From an uncultured Candidatus Rokubacteria bacterium (GTDB lineage Bacteria; Methylomirabilota; Methylomirabilia; Rokubacteriales; DASRDR01): DNA of 64,000 nt. The DNA lies in assembly GCA_963745015.1 (NCBI GenBank), contig CAVUVU010000004.1, positions 125,131 through 189,130 of the forward strand. Reading direction: 5' to 3'. Positions 52,524-62,410 of this stretch are shown piece after piece; within the stretch, counting starts at the first letter, position 1; each line of letters begins with the position of its first letter. Under the pieces are notes generated by a model. The model was not told where the DNA came from. It worked only from the letters and a program-made list of their open reading frames with translations, and did not search any database. The translations under genes were made by a program, and so were the position numbers.

Positions 52524-54064
52524 TCAGGCGCGGCACGGCGCGTCTCCACCCGCTTCGCCCGTTCTGCCGGCGAGGAACTCGCGGACCACCACCCGGTCGT
52601 CGAACGGCAGGACCTGGCCGGCCGATGATCTGGTAGGTCTCGTGGCCCTTCCCCGCGATCACCACCGTGTCGCCGGGCCGGGCCCAGTCGAGCGCGCGGC
52701 GAATCGCCTCCCGGCGGTCCGGCTCGCGCACGTGGCCACCCGGCGGCGACGGGACCACGCCCGCCGCGATCTCCTCGATGATGGCGCCGGGATCTTCCGA
52801 GCGGGGGTTGTCCGAGGTCAGCCAGACGCGATCGGCGAGCGCGGCCGCGATCCGGCCCATCACCGGGCGCTTGGTGCGGTCCCGATCGCCGCCCGCCCCG
52901 AAGACGACCCCGAGCCGCCGAGGCGTGAGACGCCGGGCCGTCTCCAGAACCCGCTGGAGCGCGTCGGGGGTGTGGGCGTAGTCGACCACCACCAGGAAGT
53001 CCTGGCCCGCCTCCACTTGCTCGAACCGGCCCGGCACCCGGGTCACGGAGGCGAGCGCCGAGGCGATGGCCGGAGCGTCGAGGCCGAGGGCGATGCCCAC
53101 TCCCACCGCGCCGAGCAGGTTCATCACGTTGTGCTCGCCGATGAGCGGCGAGACGATCCGGACCGGTCCCGACGGGCTCGTCGCGAGGAGCCGGATGCCC
53201 CCGAGCCCCGACTCGTGCTCGAGCGGGCGGATCGCGTGCCCGGGTCGCATCCCGAACGTGAGCGCCCGGCCGGGCAGCGCGGCCGCCCACTCCGCCCCGA
53301 CCGGATCATCCGCGTTGAGCACCGCGGTCGCGCCGGGCTTCCGTCCCGTCGGCCAGGAGCTCGAAGAAGAGGCGGCGCTTGGCGGCGCGCGTACTCCTGC
53401 ATCGTCCCGTGGAAGTCGAGATGGTCCTGGGTCAGGTTCGTGAACACGGCCACGTCGAACGCGACGCCGTCCACGCGATGGAGCGCCAAGGCGTGCGAGG
53501 ACACCTCCATGGCGACGCCGCCGACCCCTGCCGCCACCATCTCGGCGAGCAGGCCCTGGAGCTCGATCGCCTCGGGCGTGGTCTGGCCGGCGTCGCGGGC
53601 CTGGCCGCGCACGACGTACTGGATCGTCCCGATGACCCCCGTGGCGAGACCCCGAGCCTGGAGAAGGGCCTCGCACAGATAGGACGTCGTGGTCTTCCCG
53701 TTCGTCCCCGTGATGCCCACGACGGCGAGGGCCCGGGAGGGATGCCCGAAGTACGCATCGGCCAGCCGCGGAAGCGCCCGGCGGGTATCCGGGACCAGGA
53801 TCCGCCCCACGGCCTGGCCGGGCAAGCGGGTCGGGCGGCTCGGCGACGACGGCCCGGGCGCCCCGCTCGACCGCCTGGGGAATGAAGCGGTGCCCGTCCG
53901 ACACGAAGCCCGCGGACCGCGACGAAGCAGCTCCCGGCGGTGACGCGGCGGGAGTCGTCCGTGAGGCCGCCCACGCTCGCGGGCAGGGTGCCCAGGATCT
54001 GCCGCTCGGGCATCGCCTCGAGCAGCGTCCCCAGGAGCACCTCGCGGGGGGCGGCGGCGGTCAT
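52524..54064 (-). CDS. murE: UDP-MurNAc-L-Ala-D-Glu--2,6-diaminopimelate ligase, several apparent frameshifts
   Basis: N-terminus (GLTDDSRRVTAGSCFVAVRG) in one frame; core (VVGITGTNGKTTT; DHLDFHGTM) in a second; C-terminus (DRDRTKRP; KGHETYQIIG) in a third. The true end (...QVLPFDDRVVVREFLAG) is reached after a shift at ~52590. Confidence 0.8.
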
Positions 54065-56091
54065 CACGACGTCGTCCCGGCGGCGGTTCGCCCGGCGGTC
54101 GCCGGGCCCGACGACCGCCGGCCGGGTGACGGCCGGGGGCGCCAGCTCCAGGCGGCAGGAGGCCCCGGAGCCGAGCGGCGTCCCCGGCGCCGGCGTCTGG
54201 CGCACGACGAGCCCCCGCCCCGCCACCGCCACGTCGACGTCGAGCGCCCCCAGGACAGCCAGCGCCTGGCGCAGGCTCTTCCCGGTGAGATCCGGCATCA
54301 GCGTCTCCCCGTCCTCCGACAGTCCGGCGGCCGGCTCCGCCGGCGGCTCCCGCTCGGCGTCCCGACCGGCGGCTCGCACGATCTGGACGGCGGGCACGGC
54401 CTCGGTCGGCGCCACGTCGAGGTGCCGCAGGACCGGCCCCGCCACCGCCGCGAAGATCGGGGCCGCCGCCTCGGAGCCCCAGACCACGGTCTTGGGCTCG
54501 TCCAGCAAGGCCAGGATCACCAGCCGGGGGGCATCCGAGGGAACGAACCCGATGAACGAGAGCACGCCGGGCTTGCGGGAGTAGACGTGCGTGACCGGGT
54601 CCGCCTTCTGGGCCGTCCCGGTCTTCCCCGCGACCGCGTAGCCCTGGACGACCGCCTTGTGCCCCGTCCCCTCGGCCACCACGGACGTCAGGATCTCGCT
54701 GAGCGTCGCGGCCGTCGCGGGCGAGATCACCTGCCGCACGGTCTGGGGCTCCGTCCGCCGCACTTCCCGGCCGTCTCCGATCGAGCACGGCGCGGACGAT
54801 GTGCGGCCGCATCAGCCGGCCGCCGTTGGCGATGGCGCCGAACGCCGCGAGCATCTGGACCCCGGTCACCGACACCTCCTGGCCGATCGAGATGCTCGCC
54901 AGGGAGAGCCCGGACCAGCGGTCGGGCGCCCGGAGCTGCCCGCGGCTCTCCCCGGGGAGGCCGACGCCCGTGAGGCTCCCGAAGCCGAACTCCGAGATGT
55001 GCCGGTAGTACCGCTCCCGACCCAGCAGGAGGCCCACCTTGATGGAGCCCACGTTCGAGGAGTTCTGGAGGACCTGCTGGAACGTCAGCCAGCCGTACTT
55101 CTTCCAGTCGTGAATCGTCCGGTTGGCGATCGTGATGACGCCCTGCTCGCCGTAGAAGCGGTCGCCCGGCTTCACGACTCCGTCCTCGAGCGCGGCGGCG
55201 GCGAGGATGGCCTTGAACGTCGACCCGGGCTCGAAGGGGTCCGTCACCGCGCGGTTCCGCCACTGGTCGGCGGTGGCGACCTGGTACGCGTTGGGGTTGA
55301 AGGTCGGGCGGATCGCCATCGCCAGGATCTCGCCCGTGCGGGGATCCATGGCGAGGACCATCCCGGCCTTGGCGCCGGTGGCGCGCCACGCGGCCTCCAG
55401 CTCCCGCTCGGCGAGGTACTGCACGGTCGCGTCGATGGTGAGGACGAGGCCGGTCCCCGGCGTGGGCGCCTTGAGGATCGTCGGCTGCCCGGTCATCTCG
55501 CGGCCGAGGGCATCCCGCTCGACGAGCGCCAGTCCCGTCTCGCCGGCCAGGGACTTGTCGTGGGCCAGCTCGACGCCCTCGAGGCCCCGGTCGTCCCGCC
55601 CGACGAACCCGAGAATCTGGGCCGCCAGCTCGCGGTTCGGATAGAACCGGAGCGCCTCGGGAACGGTGCCGATCCCCGGCAGCCGCTGCGCCCGGATGGC
55701 CTCGGCCGCGGCCGGCGGCACCTTGACCTTGACCCAGACGAACGGGCGGTCGCTGGCCAGGCGCTGCTCGATGTCCCGCGGCCGCTCGCCGAGGTGCGGG
55801 GCCAGCGAGGCCGGCCACGGCAGCCCGGTCCGCGATCTTTCCAGGCAGCGCGTAGACGGACTCGACCGGGGCGTTGACGGCCAGCGCGTATCCGTTGCGG
55901 TCGAGGATCGGGCCGCGCTCGGGCCGGAGGGGGATGGTCTTGGAGTACTGGCGCTCGGCCAGCCGGGCGAAGTGGTCGTGGCGGACGATCTGGAGGTAGG
56001 CCAGCCGGACGACGATGGCCCCGAGCAGGAGGATGAGACAGCCGGTCAGGACGAGGGCCCGGCTCCGGTATCGGGACGCAGGCTCCGTCAT
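54065..56091 (-). CDS. ftsI: Peptidoglycan D,D-transpeptidase FtsI (class B PBP) with C-terminal PASTA domain, apparent frameshifts
   Basis: TM helix and dimerisation domain in ORF 54727..56148. Transpeptidase motifs SxxK (STFK), SxN (SSN) and KTG (KTGT) across two more frames. C-terminal PASTA-like ~55 aa (MPDLTGKSLRQALAVLGALDVDVAVAGRGLVVRQTPAPGTPL). Confidence 0.8.
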
Positions 56092-56253
56092 GGTCTCCGG
56101 ACGAAGGCGACGGCGGCCGCCGGGAGGGCCCGACTCGGCCATGGACACCGCCCTTCCGGTCGTGCGCCGCCGGTCACCGCCGTGTCGCCAGAGCCGGTCG
56201 TCCCTCGAGGACCGACCGCGGCGGCGGGCTGGCCGGCGCGCGTCATGAAGTGA

Positions 56254-56655
56254 TCAGGGTCGCCCGGTCTTCTGGAGGCCGTTGTCCGCCGAGGCCCGAA
56301 GCGAGGTGCTGCGGCCCCCGTCGGGCGCGACGTACTCGCGCGCAAGCCGGATCTGGTCCGGCGCGGGCGGCGTCAGGCCCAGGCGCCGCGCGGCCGAGTC
56401 CACCCGCGCGAACGCGCGGAGGGAGGCCAGCTCCAGCTGGAGCTTCCGGTTCTGCTCCTCGAGGCGGGTGCGGGAAGCGCGGAGCACCTCGATCCCGTAG
56501 GAGACGCGCACCCGGTGCACCTGGAGCCACACGTAGCCGAGGACGGCCCCGACCACCACGCAGCCGAGGCACAGCACCCTGGCCATGGCCCGGAGCCGGC
56601 GCCGGTCGCGCTCGCGAACGACCGTGGAGGACTGGTCCTGGATCAACCGCGTCAT
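56254..56655 (-). CDS. ftsL: Cell division protein FtsL
   Basis: 133 aa; single TM helix followed by a coiled coil. Position between rsmH and ftsI. ATG overlaps the rsmH stop. Confidence 0.7.
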   Translation of the reverse strand: MTRLIQDQSSTVVRERDRRRLRAMARVLCLGCVVVGAVLGYVWLQVHRVRVSYGIEVLRASRTRLEEQNRKLQLELASLRAFARVDSAARRLGLTPPAPDQIRLAREYVAPDGGRSTSLRASADNGLQKTGRP

Positions 56656-57596
56656 GATGCAGAGCCTCGCTCCAGGACCCGGAACCGCGCGCTCCGGGCT
56701 CGGGGGTTGGAGTGGACCTCGTCGTCGCTGGGGCGCAGGGGCTTCCGCGTGAGCGCCCGCCAGCCGGCGTGCGCGAGCCGGCGGAACGCGCTCTTGACGA
56801 GGCGGTCCTCGAGAGAGTGGAAGGCGATCACGCCGAACCGGCCGCCGGGCGCCAGGAGCTCGGCGCCTTGGGGGAGGGCGGCCTCCAGGCTCCCGAGCTC
56901 GTCGTTGACGGCGATCCGGAGGGCCTGGAACGTCCGGGTGGCCGGATGGATGCGATAGGACCGCCGGTGCGGCGGGATCGAGGACGCGACCAGGTCGGCC
57001 AGCTGCCGCGTCGTCTGGATGGGGGCCCGCGCCCGCACCTGGACGAGCCGCCGGGCGATCCGGCGCGCCGCCGGCTCGTCGCCGTACTCGTGGATGATGC
57101 GGGCCAGCTCCGGCTCGGGCGTCCGCTCGACGATCTCGGCGGCGGTGAGCGGCTGGCGCGTGTCGAAGCGCATGTCGAGCGGCTCGTCTCCCTGGAAGGA
57201 GAACCCCCGGCCGCTCTGCTCGAGCTGGAACGACGAGAGCCCGAGATCGAGGAGGACGGCGTGCGCCGGGGCCGCGCCGCACGCCCGAGCCTCGGCGTCG
57301 AGGTGCCGGAAGTCGGCCTGCCGGAGGACCGAGCGGCCCTCGAACGGGGCGAGGCGGCGCGCCGCGTGGGCGAGGGTCTCCGAGTCACGATCGAGGCCGA
57401 GGAGCCGGCTCTCCGCGGCGTGCGACAGGAGCGCCGACGCGTGGCCGCCCAGGCCCACGGTCCCGTCCACGATCCAGGTCCCGGGCGGAACGGGCGTGAG
57501 CCAGCGGAGGATCTCGTCGACCATGACGGGGACGTGGGGGACGCGGGCCCCGTCGGGCGCGAGAGCCGCCTCGGGACGGTTCGCCACGGCGCTCAC
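56652..57596 (-). CDS. rsmH: 16S rRNA (cytosine1402-N4)-methyltransferase
   Basis: 314 aa, intact; SAM-dependent methyltransferase motifs (DGTVGLGGH). Confidence 0.95.
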   Translation of the reverse strand: MSAVANRPEAALAPDGARVPHVPVMVDEILRWLTPVPPGTWIVDGTVGLGGHASALLSHAAESRLLGLDRDSETLAHAARRLAPFEGRSVLRQADFRHLDAEARACGAAPAHAVLLDLGLSSFQLEQSGRGFSFQGDEPLDMRFDTRQPLTAAEIVERTPEPELARIIHEYGDEPAARRIARRLVQVRARAPIQTTRQLADLVASSIPPHRRSYRIHPATRTFQALRIAVNDELGSLEAALPQGAELLAPGGRFGVIAFHSLEDRLVKSAFRRLAHAGWRALTRKPLRPSDDEVHSNPRARSARFRVLERGSAS

Positions 57597-57621
57597 CGCG
57601 CTCCCCTGCCGGCCCGCGGGA

Positions 57622-58062
57622 TCATATCCCGTGCTCCGACAGCTTGCGCGTCATCTCGTCGAAACCGATGCGCAGCGTCTGTCGATGATCGGCCCAGCGC
57701 TCGCGGCTCCAGATCTCGAACGAGTCGAGCGCGCCCGTGATCATGACGTCCTTCTTGAGCCCCGCGAACTCGCGGAGCTCCGGCGGGATCAGCGTCCGGC
57801 CGGCGCGGTCGAGGGGACACTCCTTGGCGCTGGCGACCATGACGCGCACGATGCTCCGGCGCTCGGGGGAGAGCTGCGGGTGCAGCCGGAGCCGCTCTTC
57901 CAGCTGCTCCCACGCGTCCAGGGGAAACGCCCAGACGCAGTGGTCCCCCTCGCTGAGGATGAGGGTCGTGACCCCGCGCGCCACGAGCTCCTCGCGATAG
58001 CGCGAGGGAATGCTCAGGCGACCCTTCGGGTCGATCGTGTGCTCGTATCTGCCGCGGAACAC
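57622..58062 (-). CDS. mraZ: Transcriptional regulator MraZ
   Basis: 146 aa with two MraZ repeats (DPKGRLSIP; DRAGRTLIP). Confidence 0.9.
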   Translation of the reverse strand: MFRGRYEHTIDPKGRLSIPSRYREELVARGVTTLILSEGDHCVWAFPLDAWEQLEERLRLHPQLSPERRSIVRVMVASAKECPLDRAGRTLIPPELREFAGLKKDVMITGALDSFEIWSRERWADHRQTLRIGFDEMTRKLSEHGI

Positions 58063-58161
58063 CCTGCCGGCGCCTCCGCCCTCTCAGGCGTTACGACCTG
58101 GTCGGCACGCCCACCTCTGTCCCAGAAATGGGCCTCGAACCGGTCGTTTAGGGGCTTTCAT

Positions 58162-58185
58162 CCCACTTCATCCCACTGAAGCGGG
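58162..58185 (-). promoter_or_regulatory. Putative MraZ operator: three pentamer repeats (CCCGC, GTGGG, GTGGG) at ~10-bp spacing
   Basis: Minus-strand reading: CCCGC-ttca-GTGGG-atgaa-GTGGG-atgaa, immediately downstream of the -10 hexamer. Matches the GTGGG direct-repeat architecture described for MraZ boxes. Confidence 0.5.
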
Positions 58186-58214
58186 ATACTAGCGAGTGGC
58201 GGCAGGGCTGTCAA
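58186..58214 (-). promoter_or_regulatory. Putative sigma70-type promoter of the dcw cluster (TTGACA-17 nt-TAGTAT)
   Basis: Minus strand: TTGACA at 58214-58209, 17-nt spacer, TAGTAT at 58191-58186. An unusual AT-rich stretch (58216-58260) lies immediately upstream. Confidence 0.45.
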
Positions 58215-58308
58215 GGGGAAAAATGCTGTTCGAAAAAGAGAAAAACGGGACTTTGAAGGGGGACGACCGGTTGGGGCCTTCGGGGGCTATGTGTACCGCA
58301 GGTAGAGC

Positions 58309-58755
58309 TTACGCACCTCCTCGCCGGTCCCGGCTCACGGCGGTGACCAGGCGGGCCGCCAGGGCCCTGATGGACGGATCCGAGGCCAGGCCGGCCAGCT
58401 CCCGGGCGATCCCCTCCAGAACCCGCTCGTCCTGGAAGATCGCGCCCAGGGTCGCCCCCCAGGACACGGGCGTCACGGGCGGCGGCGTGGGCCGTCGAGG
58501 GGGCGCCGCCACCCCCAGGGCCCGCGCCAGGGGGGTCAGATCGGCGGCCTCGGCGTGCTTGGCGCGGGCGAGCGCCTCGAGCGCGTCCCGGAGGGGGCCT
58601 TCGGCGCAGCTGGCCGCTGCCTCGTAGCCCGCGGCTCCCGCGGCGACCGCGGCGGCGAGACGGCCCACCAGATCGGCCAGCATGACACGTCGGGGATCGT
58701 CGGCCGGGTCGTAGCCGGGGAACGGCAGGGCGTCGGACTCGGTCATCACCGGCAC
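58309..58755 (-). CDS. Hypothetical protein (Ala-rich, helical)
   Basis: 148-aa ORF between dppC and the mraZ promoter; no recognisable motif. Confidence 0.35.
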   Translation of the reverse strand: MPVMTESDALPFPGYDPADDPRRVMLADLVGRLAAAVAAGAAGYEAAASCAEGPLRDALEALARAKHAEAADLTPLARALGVAAPPRRPTPPPVTPVSWGATLGAIFQDERVLEGIARELAGLASDPSIRALAARLVTAVSRDRRGGA

Positions 58756-58816
58756 GCGGGGAGCACCACGCGCGATTCTAGCACCCCCGCCCCCCTGCCC
58801 GTCCGGGTCCGCGCGG

Positions 58817-59723
58817 TCAGCCCCCCCGGAGCCGGGGGTCGAGCGTGTCGCGGAGGGCGTCCCCGAGGAGATTCGACCCGAAGACGGCGAGGCTGATCGC
58901 GAGGCCCGGGAAGAGCACGATGTGCGGCGCCTTCTGCGCGTACTCCGCCGCGGAGACGGACAGCATCCGGCCCCACGACGGATAGGGCTCCGGCACGCCC
59001 AGCCCCAGGAAGGACAGCGCCGCCTCGACGAGGATGGCGCTCCCGAGCTGCGCCGTGCACAGCACGATGAACGGCCCGACGGTATTGGGCAGGACGTGGC
59101 GGAAGGCGATGCGGAGGTGCACGAGGCCGAGCGCCCGCGCCGCCTCCACGTACTGCATCTCGCGAATCGAGAGGACGCTCGACCGCACGACGCGCGCCGC
59201 CCGGGGGATGATGGGCACGGAGATCGCGATCACCACGTTCGTGATGGACGGGCCCAGCGCGGCCGACATCACCAGCGCCAGCACCAGCAGCGGCAACCCC
59301 TGGAGGATGTCGAGCACGCGCTGCGTCACCAGGTCGACCCGGCCGCCCACGTAGCCGGACAGGAGACCGATGACCCCGCCGAGGGCGGAGCCGAGCAGCG
59401 TCGACGCCAGGCCCACGATCAGCGAGATCCGCGCGCCGTGGACGATGCGCGAGAAGATGTCCCGGCCCAGGTTGTCGGTCCCCAGCCAGCGCGCGGCGCC
59501 CGGCCGCGCGAGCGTGTGCGCGGCGTCGGTCGCCACGGGATCGTGGGTCGCCACCAGGTCGGCGAAGACCGCGGTCAGCAGGATGGCGCCCATGATGACG
59601 GCGCCGGCCGCGCCCGAGCGGCTTCTTCCGGACGAACCGCCACAGCGGCCGCCCGATCCCCCGCGATGCGCGGGAGGCGAGCCGCTCCCCCCGGGGGCCG
59701 ACCAGGGCCGGGCTAGCTTCCAT
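58817..59723 (-). CDS. ABC peptide/opine-type permease (DppC/OppC-like), apparent frameshift near 59600
   Basis: N-terminus (RPLWRFVRKKPLG) is in ORF 58746..59723. Membrane domain (GTDNLGRDIFSRIVHGARISL...) is in the frame of ORF 58817..60679. Confidence 0.75.
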
Positions 59724-60612
59724 AGCGCACCCGCGGGTCCAGGACGCCGTAGAGAAGGTCGACCGCCAGGTTCGACAGGATGACCACGACGGCGATGAAC
59801 ATGACCAGGTTCTGCACCATCGGGTAGTCGCGCCACTGAATCGCCTGGACCAGGAAGCGCGCCACGCCCGGGAGGTTGAAGACCGTCTCGGTGACCACGA
59901 GCCCGCCGATCATGAAGGCGAACTCGATGCCGATGACCGTGACGACCGGCAGCATCGCGTTCTTCAGCGCGTGCCGCCAGACGACGACGCCGGTGCTCTG
60001 GCCCTTCGCGCGCGCGGTCCGGATGTAGTCCTCGCGGAGCACCTCGAGGATCGCCGAGCGCGTGATGCGCATCAGCAGGGCCGACGACCGGTACCCGACG
60101 GCGAGCGCCGGCAGGAGGAACTGGAGCAGGTGCAGCCGCAGGTTCTGCGCCGGGCTCACGTAGGTCATCGGCGGGATCCAGCCGAACCACGCCACGAGCG
60201 CGAGGATGATCACCATCGCCAGCCAGAAGGACGGCATCGAGAGCCCCGCCAGGCTCAGGATCCGGAGCACGTAGTCGAGGGCCGAATCCTGGCGGAGGGC
60301 GCTGATCACCCCGGTGGGCACGCCGAGCAGGACGGCGATCACGATGGCCATGGCGGCGAGCTCGAGGGTGACGGGGAGGAGCGGCCGGATGAGCTGCCAC
60401 GTGGGGAGCTCGTAGCGGTACGACTTGCCGAGCTCGCCGGTCACGATCTCCCGCAGCCAGTCCAGGTACTGCACCCAGTAGGGGCGGTCCATCCCGAGCT
60501 CCTTCAGGATGGCCTGCTTCTCCTTGGCGTCGACGTAGCCGGCCGCCGAGAACAGGATGTCGACGATGTCGCCGGGGGCCAGCCGGAGCAGGGCGAAGAT
60601 GACCAGGGACAT
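59713..60612 (-). CDS. ABC peptide/opine-type permease (DppB/OppB-like); true start probably ~50 nt further upstream
   Basis: 299-aa ORF; the conserved N-terminal helix (GLKTYVAERLAIALLTLLG) continues upstream of the annotated M in the same frame. Confidence 0.8.
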   Translation of the reverse strand: MSLVIFALLRLAPGDIVDILFSAAGYVDAKEKQAILKELGMDRPYWVQYLDWLREIVTGELGKSYRYELPTWQLIRPLLPVTLELAAMAIVIAVLLGVPTGVISALRQDSALDYVLRILSLAGLSMPSFWLAMVIILALVAWFGWIPPMTYVSPAQNLRLHLLQFLLPALAVGYRSSALLMRITRSAILEVLREDYIRTARAKGQSTGVVVWRHALKNAMLPVVTVIGIEFAFMIGGLVVTETVFNLPGVARFLVQAIQWRDYPMVQNLVMFIAVVVILSNLAVDLLYGVLDPRVRYGS

Positions 60613-60741
60613 CCCGAGGAGCGTGAGGAGCGCGATGGCCAGCCGCTCGGCGACGTAGGTCTTCAGACCGTGCTCCCAAACGTGCCGCGGAGGAGGCGTT
60701 CCCCTCCTCCGCGTCGCGCCCGCGTCACCGGGCCAGGAGGA

Positions 60742-62346
60742 CTACTTGTCGAGCCAGACCTCCTGCATGCGCCCGAAGTTGTACATGGACTGGTGCGGGA
60801 TCAGGTTCTTGACGTGCGGCCAGACGGTGAAGTAGTCGAGCCGCCAGTCCAGGATCGGCCGCGCCCCGTCCGACTCCAGCTTCTTCTGGATCGCCTGCAC
60901 CTGGGCCAGCCGCTTCTTCGGGTCCAGCTCCTGCGACTGCTGCTGGATCTGCGCCATCACCTGCTCGTTGCAGTAGAAGCTGTAGTTCCGGGGCGAGCCG
61001 CAGGTGAAGTTCTCGAAGAAGTTGGCGTCGGGGTCGTCCGGTCCGATGCCGGTGAGGTTGGCCGCGATCTGGAACTCGCCCCGCGAGCCCATGGGGTGCC
61101 ACTGGGCCGTCTCGATCTGCTTCAGCGTGGCCTCGATCCCGATCTGCTTGAGCTCGTTGACCACGAAGGACGCCATGGTGACGTACACGGAGATGTTGCG
61201 CGTCACCATCTCGACCTTGAGTGGACTCTGCGGCGAGTACCCCACCTCCGCGAGCAGCTTCCTCGCCTTGGCCTTTTCGTCCGCCGGCTTCCCGTACCCC
61301 GGAAGCGCCTGCAGGTCCGGCTCGAGGAGACCCCAGGCGCCGTACGGCTTGGGCGCCAGCGACGCGCCGACCACCCCGCCGCCCTGGTGCACGGCCTGGA
61401 CCAGCGCCCGGCGATCGATCCCGTGACTGACGGCGAGCCGAACCTTCACGTTGTCGAAGGGCGGCTTCTTGATGTTCATGACGATGTTGTCGTTCACGTT
61501 GACGCTGTACGGGGTGATCACGAGCTTGGGAACCGCCGCCTTGAGCTGCTCGGCGTTCGTCTTCGAGACCTCGTTCGGGAACGACACCTCGACCTGCCCC
61601 GTCTGGAGCGCCGCGATCCGGGTGCCCGGCTCGCCGATCACGATGTACTTGAGCCCGTCGACGTACGGCCGGCCCTTCACGAAGTAGTCGGGGTTCTTCA
61701 CGTACTCGACGAACTCGCCCTTGCGCCACTCCTTCAGCCTGAAGGGTCCGGTCCCCATGCACCCCGTCCGGTAGCTCGCCGCCGGGATGTGGGCGGCGTA
61801 GACCGGCGTGTAGCCGGACGCCAGCATGAGGAGAAGGGACGGCTGGGGCCGCTTCAGCCGGAAGATGACGGTGTGGGCGTCGGCCGCCTCGACCGCCTCC
61901 ACGTTCGCGTACCAGTCCTTCCGCGGGTTGAGCCGAAGCTTCTGCGCGGCGTCCGGCGCCTCCCGGAGCATGTCGAAGGTGTGCTTCACGTCCTTCGACG
62001 AGAACGGCTGGCCGTCGTGCCACTTCACGTCCTTCCGGAGGAAGAACACGAGGTTCCGGTAGCCGTCCTGCCACGACCACTTCTCGGCGAGCTCGCCGAT
62101 GACCGTGTCGGCGCTCTCCGTGGGCTTCAGCGGGTCGAACAGCACCAGGTTGTTGAAGCACGGCATCACGGGCCAGACCGACGAGATGGTCGCCGTCTCG
62201 TGGATGGCGAAGCCCTGGGGCAAGTCCTCGCGCTGGGTCAGGGTGAGAAGCCCGCCGGGCTTGGCCGCGTGCGCCGGTACGAGGATGGCCGCGGCGAGCG
62301 CGAGAACGGCGCCGCGCACAAGAGCGAGACGGCGGACACGGATCAT
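60742..62346 (-). CDS. ABC transporter substrate-binding protein, family 5 (DppA/OppA-like)
   Basis: 534 aa, intact; signal peptide (LALVRGAVLALAAAILVPAHA) and family-5 SBP fold. Confidence 0.85.
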   Translation of the reverse strand: MIRVRRLALVRGAVLALAAAILVPAHAAKPGGLLTLTQREDLPQGFAIHETATISSVWPVMPCFNNLVLFDPLKPTESADTVIGELAEKWSWQDGYRNLVFFLRKDVKWHDGQPFSSKDVKHTFDMLREAPDAAQKLRLNPRKDWYANVEAVEAADAHTVIFRLKRPQPSLLLMLASGYTPVYAAHIPAASYRTGCMGTGPFRLKEWRKGEFVEYVKNPDYFVKGRPYVDGLKYIVIGEPGTRIAALQTGQVEVSFPNEVSKTNAEQLKAAVPKLVITPYSVNVNDNIVMNIKKPPFDNVKVRLAVSHGIDRRALVQAVHQGGGVVGASLAPKPYGAWGLLEPDLQALPGYGKPADEKAKARKLLAEVGYSPQSPLKVEMVTRNISVYVTMASFVVNELKQIGIEATLKQIETAQWHPMGSRGEFQIAANLTGIGPDDPDANFFENFTCGSPRNYSFYCNEQVMAQIQQQSQELDPKKRLAQVQAIQKKLESDGARPILDWRLDYFTVWPHVKNLIPHQSMYNFGRMQEVWLDK

Positions 62347-62410
62347 CGTCGATCCTCCCTCCCGTGGCGCCGGCCCGCCGCCCGGGCCGGGCGGGCACGG
62401 CCGCTGCTGC

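Noticed and set aside
58196-58627. 143-aa ORF starting in the AT-rich tract upstream of mraZ
   Set aside because: Overlaps the minus-strand hypothetical gene and the promoter region. Its translation is low-complexity; the AT-rich tract is better explained as a regulatory or terminator element.
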